A stretch of DNA of 64,000 bases from the NCBI GenBank assembly GCA_963798845.1, contig CAWCUS010000006.1, positions 704,001 through 768,000 of the forward strand. Reading direction: 5' to 3'. The notes under the pieces were generated by a model, which saw only the letters and a program-made list of their open reading frames with translations, was not told where the DNA came from and did not search any database. Shown piece by piece: positions 36,981-47,136 of the stretch. The translations under genes and the position numbers were made by a program. Origin of the DNA: an uncultured Gemmatimonadales bacterium. Its GTDB lineage: Bacteria; Gemmatimonadota; Gemmatimonadetes; Longimicrobiales; RSA9. Each line of letters starts with the position of its first letter. Within the stretch, counting starts at the first letter, position 1.

Positions 36981-39422
36981 ATGTGGAAGGACTTCCGCTT
37001 CGCCTGGCGCGGCCTGGCACGGAGCCCCGGCTTCGCCCTGGTGGCGATTCTCACGCTTGCCCTGGGGATCGGCGCGAGCACGGCCGTGTTCACGCTGGTG
37101 GACGGCGTCCTGCTGCGCCCGCTGCCGTACCCGGCCCCGGACCGGCTGGTCTCGCTGGACCACGAAGGGCGCGGAGGGGAAGACGAGCTGCCCATCTCCC
37201 CCGGCCTGTACGTGCTGTACCAGGAGCACGCACGCACGCTCTCGTCGCTGGCCATGTACCAGGGCGTCGTCGCCAACATCGTAGGGGACGACGGGGAGGC
37301 GGAGCGGGTGGACGGGCAGGCTGTGACGCCGTCTCTGTTCGACGTGCTTCGGGTCCCGCCCGCGATGGGACGCGGGTTGCTGGCCCCGGACGGAGAGTCG
37401 GGTGCCGAGCCGGTGATGGTGCTGAGCGATGCGCTCTGGCGGACCATGTTCGGACGGGACCCGGGCGTGGTGGGGCAGACCGTGCGCGTGGACGGGGTTT
37501 CGCGCCGGGTGGTGGGAGTCATGCCGGCCGGCTTCCAGTTCCCCGGGGCCGGGACTCGCCTGTGGATCCCCATGCAGGTGGACGCGGTGAACGCGCCGCT
37601 GGGGGCGTTCTCTCCGGACGCGGTCGGGCGGATGGTGGACGGCGCCACGCCGGAGTCGGTCCGCTCCGAGCTGAGCGGGCTGATCCAGCAGCTGCCGGAG
37701 CTGCGCCCCGATGCGGGTCCGGTGCTCGGATTCCTGCGCGAAGTCAAGCTGGCGGCCGTTCCCCGGCCGCTGAAAGCGGCGACGGTGGGCGATATCGGCA
37801 GGACATTGTGGACGCTCCTGGGGATGGTCGGGTTCGTGCTCCTGATCGCGTGCGCCAACGTGGCCAACCTGCTGCTGGTCAGGGCGGAGGGGCGGCAGCG
37901 GGAGCTGGCGCTGCGACGGGCGATCGGCGCGGGACGGTGGCAGGTGCTGCGTCCATTCCTCGCCGAGAGCGTGGTCCTGGCCGGGATCGGAGGCGCCCTC
38001 GGCGCCGGGTTGGCCGCGGTGGCGGTGCGGGCAGCGCTCGGCATGGCGAGCGCAGAGCTGCCGAGGGCGGCGGAGGTAGGCGTGGACCTGCGCGTTCTGG
38101 CGTTCACGGCGGCTGCATCGCTCCTGGCCGCGCTCCTTTTCGGGCCCGTGCCCGCACTGCGCTACGCGCGCAGCGACCTGTCGGCTCACCTGAAGGACGG
38201 GGGCGGTCGCGGCGGCACGGCGGGGCGGGACCGGCACCGGGTGCGGAACGCGCTGGTGGTGGCGCAGGTAGCGCTGGCACTGGTGCTACTGATCGGGTCG
38301 GGGCTGATGGTGCGGAGCATGATGGCGCTTCTGGCCGTGGATCCGGGTTTCCAGCCGGAGAGCGTGCTGACGGCGAGGTTATCGGTGCCGCCAGGGGAGA
38401 TCCCGGAGGCGACGGCCGTCGCCGACTACTATCGGACGCTGGAATCGCGGCTGCGCAGCCAGCCGGGCGTCCGCGGGGTGGGAGCGATCAGCGCCGTCCC
38501 GCTTACCGGGAACGTGAGCTTCTTCGCCCACGACATCGAGGACCACCCCACGGCGCCCGATGCCATTCCACCGCTCGCGCACGGCGCGTGGGTGGACCCC
38601 GGCTACTTCGAGACTCTGGGCATCCCGCTGGTGGAAGGCCGCAGCTTCGAAGATGGCGACGCGGGGAACGGCTTCCGAGCGGTCGTGGTGAGCCAGGCGT
38701 TCGCGCAGCGCTGGTGGCCGGACGGGAGCGCGCTGGGAAAGCGTCTGCGCCCCGGCGGCGGCGAGTGGTGGCAGGTGGTGGGCGTGGTCGGCAACGTCCG
38801 GAACCGCAGTCTCTCCGACGACCCCGAGGAGATGATCTACTACCCGACGCTGGTAGGGGAGCCCGACCAGCCGGGGGCGATCCGCGGCCGGGACCTCGTG
38901 GTGCGGGTGGACGGCGATCCCGCGCGCTTCCTCCCGGTGCTGCGACGTGAGGTCCGCGAGCTCAACGCCCGCATCCCGCTGGCCAACCCGCGCCCGCTGG
39001 AGACGGTGGTGACTCGCTCGGCGTCGCGGACTTCGTTCACAATGGTCGTGCTCGGAGTCGCGTCGCTGGTGGCGCTCCTGCTCGGGGTCATCGGAATCTA
39101 CGGTGTGGTGTCGTACGTGGTGAGCCAGCGCACCCGTGAGATCGGGGTACGCATGGCCCTCGGAGCCGCGGGATCGGCCGTGCGCGGGATGGTGCTGCGC
39201 CAGGGGATGCTGCTGGCGGGGGTCGGCGTCGTGCTCGGTCTGGTCGCGGCGGCGGCCGCCAGTCGCCTGCTGGCTTCTCTTCTCTATGGCGTAAGCGCCA
39301 CGGATCCGCTGACCTACGCCGCGGTGGCCGCGCTCCTCACGGCAGTGGCCGCGGCGGCGAGCTGGATCCCCGCCCGCCGCGCCGCTGGCGTGGATCCCGC
39401 CACGGCGCTCCGGAACGAGTGA
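36981..39422 (+). CDS. ADOP-type duplicated MacB/FtsX ABC permease
   Basis: RSPGFALVAILTLALGIGA, LLIACANVANLLL, VAQVALALVLL, QRTREIGVRMALGA, PARRAAGVDP. Confidence 0.92.
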   Translation: MWKDFRFAWRGLARSPGFALVAILTLALGIGASTAVFTLVDGVLLRPLPYPAPDRLVSLDHEGRGGEDELPISPGLYVLYQEHARTLSSLAMYQGVVANIVGDDGEAERVDGQAVTPSLFDVLRVPPAMGRGLLAPDGESGAEPVMVLSDALWRTMFGRDPGVVGQTVRVDGVSRRVVGVMPAGFQFPGAGTRLWIPMQVDAVNAPLGAFSPDAVGRMVDGATPESVRSELSGLIQQLPELRPDAGPVLGFLREVKLAAVPRPLKAATVGDIGRTLWTLLGMVGFVLLIACANVANLLLVRAEGRQRELALRRAIGAGRWQVLRPFLAESVVLAGIGGALGAGLAAVAVRAALGMASAELPRAAEVGVDLRVLAFTAAASLLAALLFGPVPALRYARSDLSAHLKDGGGRGGTAGRDRHRVRNALVVAQVALALVLLIGSGLMVRSMMALLAVDPGFQPESVLTARLSVPPGEIPEATAVADYYRTLESRLRSQPGVRGVGAISAVPLTGNVSFFAHDIEDHPTAPDAIPPLAHGAWVDPGYFETLGIPLVEGRSFEDGDAGNGFRAVVVSQAFAQRWWPDGSALGKRLRPGGGEWWQVVGVVGNVRNRSLSDDPEEMIYYPTLVGEPDQPGAIRGRDLVVRVDGDPARFLPVLRREVRELNARIPLANPRPLETVVTRSASRTSFTMVVLGVASLVALLLGVIGIYGVVSYVVSQRTREIGVRMALGAAGSAVRGMVLRQGMLLAGVGVVLGLVAAAAASRLLASLLYGVSATDPLTYAAVAALLTAVAAAASWIPARRAAGVDPATALRNE

Positions 39423-39489
39423 GGCTTGACGGACTCCCGTCTCGCGGGCGGTTGACTTCGACCGGCCCAGACGGGAGCTTCCCGGCGCC

Positions 39490-40542
39490 ATGAATCGAAG
39501 CCACTCGCCGGCCCCGGCCCGGATCTGCATCGTCATGTTGAGCGCGCTGGGAGACGCCGTCCACGTGCTCCCCGTGGTGAACGCATTGAAGCGCGCCTGG
39601 CCGGAGACCCGGATCACCTGGGTGGTGCAGCCGGTGCCCTATCTCCTGGTGCGCGACCACCCGGCGGTGGACCGCCTCGTGGTCTTCCACCGCCGGCGGG
39701 GCATGGCGGCCTGGCGCTCCTTCGCGGACACCGCCCGCAAGCTGCGCGAGTCCCGCTTCGACATCCTGCTGGCGCTCCAGGTGTACGCGAAGGCCGGTGT
39801 CCTGGCCGCGCTCGCCAGGGCCGACCGCAAGATCGGCTTCGACCGCGCCCGCGCCCGGGACCTGAACTGGCTGGTCACGAATGAGCGGATCCGCCCGCAC
39901 CCCGTTCAGCACGTCCAGGACCAGTATCTCGAATTCCTCGAGCACCTGGGCGTGGACCCGTTTCCGGTCGAGTGGCGGATCCAGATCCGGGACGAGGAGC
40001 GCGCGGCGCAGCGATCGTTCCTGGACGGTCTGGATCGCCCGGGGTGCGGCGTCGTCGTCGGGACGAGCAAGCCGGAGAAGAACTGGGCTCCCGAGCGGTA
40101 CGCGCGGCTCCTCGACGCGCTGGAGCAGGATTTCGGCCTGCGCCCCGTCCTCGTCGGCGGCCCTTCGGCGGTCGAGCGCCGGCTGGCGGACGACATCCTG
40201 TCGCGCACGGGGGCGAGGGTCGTCGACACGCTCGGGGACGACCTGCGCCGGCTGATCTGGCTGCTTGACGGGCTGCCGCTCGTCGTCAGCCCGGACACCG
40301 GGCCGCTGCACCTGGCCCGCGCCCTGGACACACCCGTCGTGGGACTCTACGGCTACACCAACCCCAAGCGGTACGGCCCGTACCGCAAGTACGGCGAGCT
40401 CGTCGTGGACGGATATGCGCGGCATCCCGGGGAAGACTACCCGCCGAGCATGGAGTACCGCCCGGACGGGATGAAGCGGGTTCACGTGGACGACGTGCTG
40501 GCGGCGGTGGAGCGGGGGCTGAGCGTGGCGGGCACCGGGTAG
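39490..40542 (+). CDS. GT9 family LPS heptosyltransferase
   Basis: LSALGDAVH, KNWAPERY, SPDTGPLHLA, VVGLYG. Confidence 0.9.
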   Translation: MNRSHSPAPARICIVMLSALGDAVHVLPVVNALKRAWPETRITWVVQPVPYLLVRDHPAVDRLVVFHRRRGMAAWRSFADTARKLRESRFDILLALQVYAKAGVLAALARADRKIGFDRARARDLNWLVTNERIRPHPVQHVQDQYLEFLEHLGVDPFPVEWRIQIRDEERAAQRSFLDGLDRPGCGVVVGTSKPEKNWAPERYARLLDALEQDFGLRPVLVGGPSAVERRLADDILSRTGARVVDTLGDDLRRLIWLLDGLPLVVSPDTGPLHLARALDTPVVGLYGYTNPKRYGPYRKYGELVVDGYARHPGEDYPPSMEYRPDGMKRVHVDDVLAAVERGLSVAGTG

Positions 40543-40630
40543 GGGGCAGCGCCAGGAAGCGGCATCGCCGGGAGAGGCGGGCCGACGTAGATTGGCAGGA
40601 CCCCCCTCGCAGCCTCTACCCCCCCGAGCC

Positions 40631-42184
40631 ATGGCCATCGAAAAGCGAATCCTCTGGGTGGACGACGAAGTCGAGCTCCTCGAGCCGCATCTCCTGTTTC
40701 TGCGGCAGCGTGGCTACGGCGTCGACACCACGACCAACGGCGACGATGCGCTGGAGCTGCTGCGCCGCTCCGTGTACGACCTGGTCCTGCTGGACGAGCA
40801 GATGCCCGGCCGCAGCGGACTGGAGGTCCTGTCGCTGATCCGGCGCCAGGAGCCGCACGCCCGGATCGTCATGGTGACCAAGTCCGAGGAGGACCGCACG
40901 CTCGAGGAGGCGATCGGTCGCCGTGTGGACGACTACCTGGTCAAGCCGGCGTCACCCCGGCAGGTGCTCTCGGTGGTGACTCGCCTGCTGGAAGGCTCGC
41001 AGCTGCGGCAGCAGCAGGCGGCCCAGGATTTCGCGGGGCGCTTCCTGGACCTGTCTCGTGCGAAGGACAGTGCCTCGGGGTGGCAGGACTACGTCGAGGT
41101 CTATTCCGAGCTCGTGGACTGGGATCTCCGCCTCGAGGAAGCGAAGGAGGCGGGGCTGCTGGACTCGGTGCGCGCCCTGAAGAGCGACCTGCGGCGGCAG
41201 TTCGGCACCTACATGCAGAGTGCCTACGTGGAATGGCTGCGCGCCTCCCCGTCGGGGAGGCCTCCGCTGAGCACCGACGTGGTGCGTCGCTGGCTGGCGC
41301 CGCGCGTCGGCGCCGGCGCCATCCTGTTCGTGGTGATCGACTGCCTCCGCCTCGACCAGTGGCGCAGCCTGCGGCCGCTGCTCGCCGACGTGTTCGACAT
41401 CGAGGAGGAGCTGTATCTCAGCATTCTCCCGACGGCCACGCCATACTCCCGCAACGCGCTGTTCAGCGGCCGCTTCCCGGACGAGATCGCGCGCGCCCGG
41501 CCGGACTGGTGGGGCACCGACGAGGGCAGCCTGAACGGGTTCGAGGACGAGCTGCTGCGGGAGCACCTGGCAGAGCTGGTGGGCGAGAATGTGCCGGTCC
41601 ATTACGAGAAGGTGTTCACCGACGACGAGGCGGACGAGCTGGCGGCGAGGGTCCGGAACGCCATCCGGAGCGGGTCGGTGGTGAGCATGGTCTTCAATTT
41701 CGTGGACCTGCTCACCCACGGCCGGAGCGAGTCGTCGCTTCTCATGGAGGTGGCACGGGACGTCCATGGGCTGCGCGCGCTCACGCGCCAGTGGTTCGAG
41801 CGCTCTGCGGCGCTCCGGATCCTCCGCGATGCCGCGGCGGAGGGGATCGAGGTGGTCCTCACCAGCGACCACGGCTCCATCCTCTGCGAGAGGCCTGTGA
41901 CGGTGTACGCGCGCCGGGACGCGACCTCCAACCTTCGCTACAAGTTCGGCCAGGACCTGCGCGCCGAGGAGCCAGAGGCGGTGCTGGCGGTGAAGGACGA
42001 GCGCCTGCTCCGCTTCCCCCCGGGCCGCCTCGCCACCAACTACCTCATCGCCCTGGAAGACTACTTCTTCGTATACCCGACCAAGCTGCGGGAATACCAG
42101 GCCCGCTACCGGGGCTCGTTCCTCCACGGCGGCGCCACCCCGGAAGAGATGATCCTGCCGATCGCGACGCTCACGCCGAGGTGA
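40631..42184 (+). CDS. PorX-like response regulator with PglZ/alkaline-phosphatase domain
   Basis: Receiver WVDDE, LLDEQMPG, VTKS, YLVKP; PglZ VIDCLRLDQW, LPTATPYSRNALF, FVDLLTH, TSDHG, FLHGG. Confidence 0.9.
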   Translation: MAIEKRILWVDDEVELLEPHLLFLRQRGYGVDTTTNGDDALELLRRSVYDLVLLDEQMPGRSGLEVLSLIRRQEPHARIVMVTKSEEDRTLEEAIGRRVDDYLVKPASPRQVLSVVTRLLEGSQLRQQQAAQDFAGRFLDLSRAKDSASGWQDYVEVYSELVDWDLRLEEAKEAGLLDSVRALKSDLRRQFGTYMQSAYVEWLRASPSGRPPLSTDVVRRWLAPRVGAGAILFVVIDCLRLDQWRSLRPLLADVFDIEEELYLSILPTATPYSRNALFSGRFPDEIARARPDWWGTDEGSLNGFEDELLREHLAELVGENVPVHYEKVFTDDEADELAARVRNAIRSGSVVSMVFNFVDLLTHGRSESSLLMEVARDVHGLRALTRQWFERSAALRILRDAAAEGIEVVLTSDHGSILCERPVTVYARRDATSNLRYKFGQDLRAEEPEAVLAVKDERLLRFPPGRLATNYLIALEDYFFVYPTKLREYQARYRGSFLHGGATPEEMILPIATLTPR

Positions 42185-42386
42185 CCGGGATCCGTGGACC
42201 GGGAACCAGTTGCCCGGACCCGTTGACGGGCTCCCGGTCCCGATCAACGGCTTGCGAATCCCGCCCCCGGCTCGCCCCCGGCGCCCGCTCCCCGGGCTGG
42301 ACCCCTCGCCCTGATGCGCGGTACAATGCGGACTGTGACGCGGCGGGGAGCGCCGCATCCTCCATGGCTGCAACGCGGACGCTGAT

Positions 42387-44231
42387 GTGCGCCTGTACCT
42401 GAGAATCCTCGGCTACCTGCGGCCCTACGTGGGGCTGTTCGTGGTCAGCGTCGTCGCCATGGTGGTGTTCAGCGCCCTGGACGCATTCAGCATGGTCATG
42501 CTGATCCCGTTCCTGGGGATGCTGTTCGGCAACGCATCACAGGCGGGAATGTCGCTCTTCGCGGGGCGCGAGGGACGGATCTACGATCTCCTCGAGGCCG
42601 CGATCGGCGGGCTGGTGCCGACGGGCGAGCCGATGGTGGGCCTGCGCAACGTCCTGCTGCTTCTTTTCGGGCTGTTCCTCGTGAAGAACATCGCGCTCTA
42701 CGTACAGACGTACACGGTGGCGGTGATCGAGCAGCGGGTGACGCGGGATCTCCGGAACGAGATCTACGAGCACCTGATGGAGATGGACCTCGGCTTCTTC
42801 CAGCGCACGAAGGCAGGCCAGATCATCTCGCGGATCACGAACGACGTGGACCAGCTTCGCACGCTGGTGACGCGCAACCTGGCGACGGGTCTGTCGAACG
42901 TGATCCAGACGATGGTGTTCCTCGTGGTGCTGCTGATCATCTCCTGGCAGCTCACGCTGGCCACGCTCATCGCCCTGCCACTCATGGTCGGGCTGTGGAA
43001 CAAGTTCCGGGACCGGGTCTGGAAAGGCGTGCTGCGGGTCTGGAACGCGGTGGGCGAGGTGTCGTCGCACATCCAGGAGACCGTGGGCGGCGTGCGGCTC
43101 GTGAAGGCCAGCGGCGCTGAGCGGTACGAGTCGGAGCGCTTCCGAGAGCTGACGCGGCGGCAGTACAAGGCGGCCGTGCGAAACGAGCGGTGGCGCACCT
43201 TCTTCCCGTCGGCGAACGAGATGATCATCGCGACGGCGCTGCTGGCCGTGCTCTGGTTCGGCAGCCGCCTGGTGCTGGTGCACGGGTCGCTGGCCCCCGA
43301 CGCGTTCCTCGCGTTCACGGTCATGGCCGCGCGCATCCTCCCGCCGGTGAAGTGGCTCGGGAAATTCCCGTCGGTAGTACAGCCGGGGCTGGCGGCGGCG
43401 CAGCGGGGGTTCGAGCTGCTGGACGTGGACGCCGAGATCGACAACCGACCGGGCGCGCGCCCGGTGGACGGCCTGCGGGAGGGGATCCGGCTGGAGCGTG
43501 TGCGCTTCGAGTACGAGAAGGGCGAGCCGGTTCTGCGGGGCGTGGACATCGACATCGCCCGCGGACAGGTCGTGGCGCTGGTGGGGCCGAGCGGGGCGGG
43601 GAAGACGACGATCGCCAACCTGGTTCCGCGCTTCTACGACCCGAGCGGCGGCCGCATCACACTGGACGGGGAGGACCTGCGGGAGCTCCGGGTGGAGCAG
43701 CTCCGGAGCCTGATGGGGATCGTCACCCAGGAGACGATCCTCTTCCACGACACCGTACGCGCGAACATCGCCTACGGGAGGCTCGCCACCTCGGACGAGG
43801 AGCTGGAAACCGCGGCGAAGGCGGCTCACGCCCATGACTTCATCATGCAGCTGCCGGACGGGTACGACACCGTCCTCGGCGAGCGGGGGACGCGCCTGTC
43901 CGGCGGGCAGCGTCAGCGCGTGGCCATCGCCCGGGCCCTGCTGCGGAACGCACCGGTGCTGATCCTGGACGAAGCCACGAGCGCGCTGGACACCGAGAGC
44001 GAAGTGCTGGTCCAGGACGCCATCGAGCGTCTGATGGAGGACCGCACCGTGCTCGTCATCGCGCACAGGCTGTCCACGGTGCGCCGCGCGGACCGGATCG
44101 TGGTGCTCCAGAACGGGAGCGTGGAGGACCAGGGCACGCACGACGAGCTGCTGGCGCGCGACGGCCTGTACCGCCGCCTCTACGAGCTCCAGTTCGCCAG
44201 CGACGCACCGCTCCGGCCGCTGCCGACCTGA
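42387..44231 (+). CDS. msbA: MsbA-like lipid A-core ABC exporter
   Basis: TM domain plus GPSGAGKT, VTQETILF, LSGGQRQR, LILDEATSALD, IAHRLST; LPS context; TACAAT at 42323-42328. Confidence 0.85.
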   Translation: MRLYLRILGYLRPYVGLFVVSVVAMVVFSALDAFSMVMLIPFLGMLFGNASQAGMSLFAGREGRIYDLLEAAIGGLVPTGEPMVGLRNVLLLLFGLFLVKNIALYVQTYTVAVIEQRVTRDLRNEIYEHLMEMDLGFFQRTKAGQIISRITNDVDQLRTLVTRNLATGLSNVIQTMVFLVVLLIISWQLTLATLIALPLMVGLWNKFRDRVWKGVLRVWNAVGEVSSHIQETVGGVRLVKASGAERYESERFRELTRRQYKAAVRNERWRTFFPSANEMIIATALLAVLWFGSRLVLVHGSLAPDAFLAFTVMAARILPPVKWLGKFPSVVQPGLAAAQRGFELLDVDAEIDNRPGARPVDGLREGIRLERVRFEYEKGEPVLRGVDIDIARGQVVALVGPSGAGKTTIANLVPRFYDPSGGRITLDGEDLRELRVEQLRSLMGIVTQETILFHDTVRANIAYGRLATSDEELETAAKAAHAHDFIMQLPDGYDTVLGERGTRLSGGQRQRVAIARALLRNAPVLILDEATSALDTESEVLVQDAIERLMEDRTVLVIAHRLSTVRRADRIVVLQNGSVEDQGTHDELLARDGLYRRLYELQFASDAPLRPLPT

Positions 44232-44232
44232 G

Positions 44233-45327
44233 GTGGCCCCCCGCCCGCTCCGCATCGCCGCGCAAAACGGCGCCCCCGTCTGGGGCGGCGCCGAGATCGC
44301 GCTGGCGCGGATCCTGGCCGGGCTCGAGGGCCGCGGCCACGACGTCGTCCTCTACTGCAACGATCCCGCGGTCGCGCGGGGAGCGGCGGAGCTGGGCATC
44401 CGTACCGAGCGGCGGCGCCTCGGCGGCGACCTCGCCATTCACGACGCGCTGCATTTCGCAATGGCGCTCCGCCATTTCCGCCCCGACGTGCTCATCCTCG
44501 GGACGTTCCGCAAGAGCTGGCTCGGAACGCTGGGCGCGCGGGTGGCCCGCGTGCCGCGCGTGGTGTCGCGCATCGGGCTGGAGACGGACGTCGCCCGCAA
44601 CGCCAAGTACCGCTTCGTCTTCGGCCGCTGGGTGGACGCCGTGGTGTTCAACGCGGAGGCCACGCGGCAGCGGTTCCTGGCGACGATGCCCTCCTTCCGC
44701 GGCCCGGCCGTCACCATCTACACCGGCGTCCCGACCCCCGTAGCCCGGGGGGGCGGCAGCCTTCGGGACGAGCTCGGCATTCCGGCGGCCGCGCGAGTGG
44801 TGGGTTCGGTGGGGCGTCTGGCCGGGCAGAAGCGGTACGACCGGCTGGTCAGGGCGCTGGCGACGCTGTCCGACGCGCACGCGCTGATCGTGGGCGAGGG
44901 TGAGGAACGGCACGCGCTGCTGGCACTGGCGGCGGCGGAGGGCGTGGCGGACAGGCTCCACCTGCCCGGGCACTTCGCCGACGTGGGACCCGCGCTGGAC
45001 GCGATGGACGTGTTCGTGCTCACGTCGGATCGGGAGGGGATGAGCAATGCCTTGCTGGAGGCGATGGCGGCCGGACTCCCGGTGGTGAGCACCGACGTGA
45101 GTGGCGCGGCCGAAGCGCTCGCTCCGCTGCCGGACGGCGCATCTCCCGGTGTGCTGGTGTCGAGCGATCCTGCGGAGATCGCGCGCGCGCTCGGCGTTCT
45201 GCTGGGCTCGCCCGGGAGACTGCAGGGGATGCGCGAAGCCGCGCTCCGCGTTTCGCGGGAACGCTTCTCGGAGGCCCGAATGCTGGACGCGTGGGAGCGC
45301 GTTCTCCTCGGAGCGGAGGATCGGTGA
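44233..45327 (+). CDS. GT4 family glycosyltransferase
   Basis: GGAE, VGRLAGQK, DVFVLTSDREGMSNALLEAMAAG. Confidence 0.9.
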   Translation: MAPRPLRIAAQNGAPVWGGAEIALARILAGLEGRGHDVVLYCNDPAVARGAAELGIRTERRRLGGDLAIHDALHFAMALRHFRPDVLILGTFRKSWLGTLGARVARVPRVVSRIGLETDVARNAKYRFVFGRWVDAVVFNAEATRQRFLATMPSFRGPAVTIYTGVPTPVARGGGSLRDELGIPAAARVVGSVGRLAGQKRYDRLVRALATLSDAHALIVGEGEERHALLALAAAEGVADRLHLPGHFADVGPALDAMDVFVLTSDREGMSNALLEAMAAGLPVVSTDVSGAAEALAPLPDGASPGVLVSSDPAEIARALGVLLGSPGRLQGMREAALRVSRERFSEARMLDAWERVLLGAEDR

Positions 45328-46031
45328 ACCTGAAGGCCCTGGCAATGCGCGAGCTCCGGCGGCTGCGATATCAGCTCGCCCACACCGTCCTCCGGCGCAG
45401 GCTGGGCGACGAGTGGAATCGGCTCGGCGACTTCCGGCAACGCAGCTATCCGGACTATGCAACGTACGTGTCCCATCAGCGCACGAAGTTCGGCGCGCTG
45501 CGGTGGAAGTCCGTGGCGCGTCACGACACCCGTTTCCACGCCGCCCTGAGCGGCCGTCTCGACCGGCTGGGGAAGGACTTTCGTGGAGCATCGGTCCTCT
45601 GCCTCGCGGCCAGGCAGGGGACGGAAGTGCGGGCGTTCATCGACAGGGGCGCGTTCGCGGTGGGCATCGACCTGAATCCCGGCAGCGACAACCGGCACGT
45701 CGTGGTGGGCGATTTCCACGCGCTGCAGTTCGCCGACCGGTCCGTGCAATATGTCTACACGAACTCGCTGGACCACGCGTTCGCCCTGGACCGGGTCATC
45801 GCCGAGGTGAAACGGGTGCTTCGCCCCGCCGGCACGCTGATCGTCGAGGCCAACGCGAGCGCCGGAGACGGGGCGGCCTCGGCGGGACCGTACGAGGCGA
45901 TGGTGTGGACGGACGTGGACGCCCTGCTCTCGCGACTGGTCGGCGGCGGCTTCCGGCTCGAGTCGAAGGAGCCGTTCGACCTTCCGTGGCCGGGCGAGCA
46001 GTTGGTGCTCCGCCCCGTGCCTGCGGCCTGA
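45324..46031 (+). CDS. SAM-dependent methyltransferase-like protein
   Basis: VLCLAARQGTEV, VGIDL, GDFHALQF, NSLDHAF, KRVLRPAG. Confidence 0.78.
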   Translation: MNLKALAMRELRRLRYQLAHTVLRRRLGDEWNRLGDFRQRSYPDYATYVSHQRTKFGALRWKSVARHDTRFHAALSGRLDRLGKDFRGASVLCLAARQGTEVRAFIDRGAFAVGIDLNPGSDNRHVVVGDFHALQFADRSVQYVYTNSLDHAFALDRVIAEVKRVLRPAGTLIVEANASAGDGAASAGPYEAMVWTDVDALLSRLVGGGFRLESKEPFDLPWPGEQLVLRPVPAA

Positions 46032-46038
46032 GGGCCCG

Positions 46039-47136
46039 ATGAAGCTGGTGGTCCAGAGCGACAGCCGCGCCTGGGGCGGAAACGAGAAGTGGCTGATGCT
46101 GGTGGGCGAAGGTCTGGCCGACCGGGGCCACGACGTGCTGGTGTCCTGCCAGCGGGGAGGGACAGTGGCGGAGCGGGCGCGGGCCGCGGGGCTGCGCGTC
46201 ACCCACGCCCGCCCGTCAGGCGACGCCGACCTCCTCCACGCCCTGGGCTTCGCGCGCATGCTTCGCCGCGAGCGGCCGGATGCGCTCCTTCTGTCCGCGT
46301 TCAAGCGCTCCTTCTGGGGGGGGTGGGCGGGGCGGCGTGCCGGGGTGCCGCGCATCGTGGAGCGACTCGGGATCGAGCGCGCCCTGCCCCGTCGCTGGAA
46401 GTACGTCCACGCGTTCCGCCATTACATCAATGCGCTGATCGTGAACTCACGGGCGATCCGGGAGACGTGGCTGTCATCGGCGCCGTGGTTCCCGGCCGGG
46501 GAAGTGCACGTGGTGCTGAACGGCATCCGTCCGCCCTCGTCCGGACGCAGCACCATCCGCGAGGAGCTCCGCCTCGGCGCGGACGAGAGCCTGGTGCTGG
46601 GGGCGGGGCGGCTGGAGGAGCGGAAGGGGTTCGACGTCCTGCTGCGCGCGTTCGCACGCGTGCGCGGCGGCTCCGCGCACCTGGCCGTGGCCGGAAGCGG
46701 ACCCTCGGCGTCGGAGCTGCGGTCGCTGGCTGCCGTGCTGGGCGTGGCGGAACGGGTGCACTGGCTCGGGTTCCGCACCGACCTGGAGCAGGTCCTTGCG
46801 GGGGCGGACGTTTTCGCGCTGGCCAGCCGACGCGAGGGGATGGCCAACGTCATGCTCGAGGCCATGGCGGCGGGATGCCTGGTCGTGGCCACGGACGTGA
46901 GTGGTGTCATGGAGGCGCTGGGTCCCGTGGATGGAAGGAAGGGGGGCGGCTGGATCGTTCCCCCGGACGACGTGGATGCCATGGCCGCGGCGCTCGGAGC
47001 GGCCCTCGGCGCCGACGCCGCTTCGTCGGCGGCCATGCGGCGCGAGCTGGCATACCGTGTGTCCGAATGGTTCTCGCCGGAGCGCACGGTGGCGCACACC
47101 GAGCGGGTCCTGCTGGGAACGGGGGAGGCAGGGTGA
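46039..47136 (+). CDS. GT4 family glycosyltransferase
   Basis: WGGNEK, GRLEERKGFD, DVFALASRREGMANVMLEAMAAG. Confidence 0.9.
   Translation: MKLVVQSDSRAWGGNEKWLMLVGEGLADRGHDVLVSCQRGGTVAERARAAGLRVTHARPSGDADLLHALGFARMLRRERPDALLLSAFKRSFWGGWAGRRAGVPRIVERLGIERALPRRWKYVHAFRHYINALIVNSRAIRETWLSSAPWFPAGEVHVVLNGIRPPSSGRSTIREELRLGADESLVLGAGRLEERKGFDVLLRAFARVRGGSAHLAVAGSGPSASELRSLAAVLGVAERVHWLGFRTDLEQVLAGADVFALASRREGMANVMLEAMAAGCLVVATDVSGVMEALGPVDGRKGGGWIVPPDDVDAMAAALGAALGADAASSAAMRRELAYRVSEWFSPERTVAHTERVLLGTGEAG

Noticed and set aside
35464..37020. Long N-terminal extensions of the Kdo kinase (from 35464) and of the lipoprotein (from 37020)
   Set aside because: They overlap each other on opposite strands; RBS and signal-peptide evidence supports the shorter starts.
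40631..42184. PglZ domain as a sign of a BREX defence system
   Set aside because: Receiver-fused PorX architecture; no brxC, pglX or brxL nearby.
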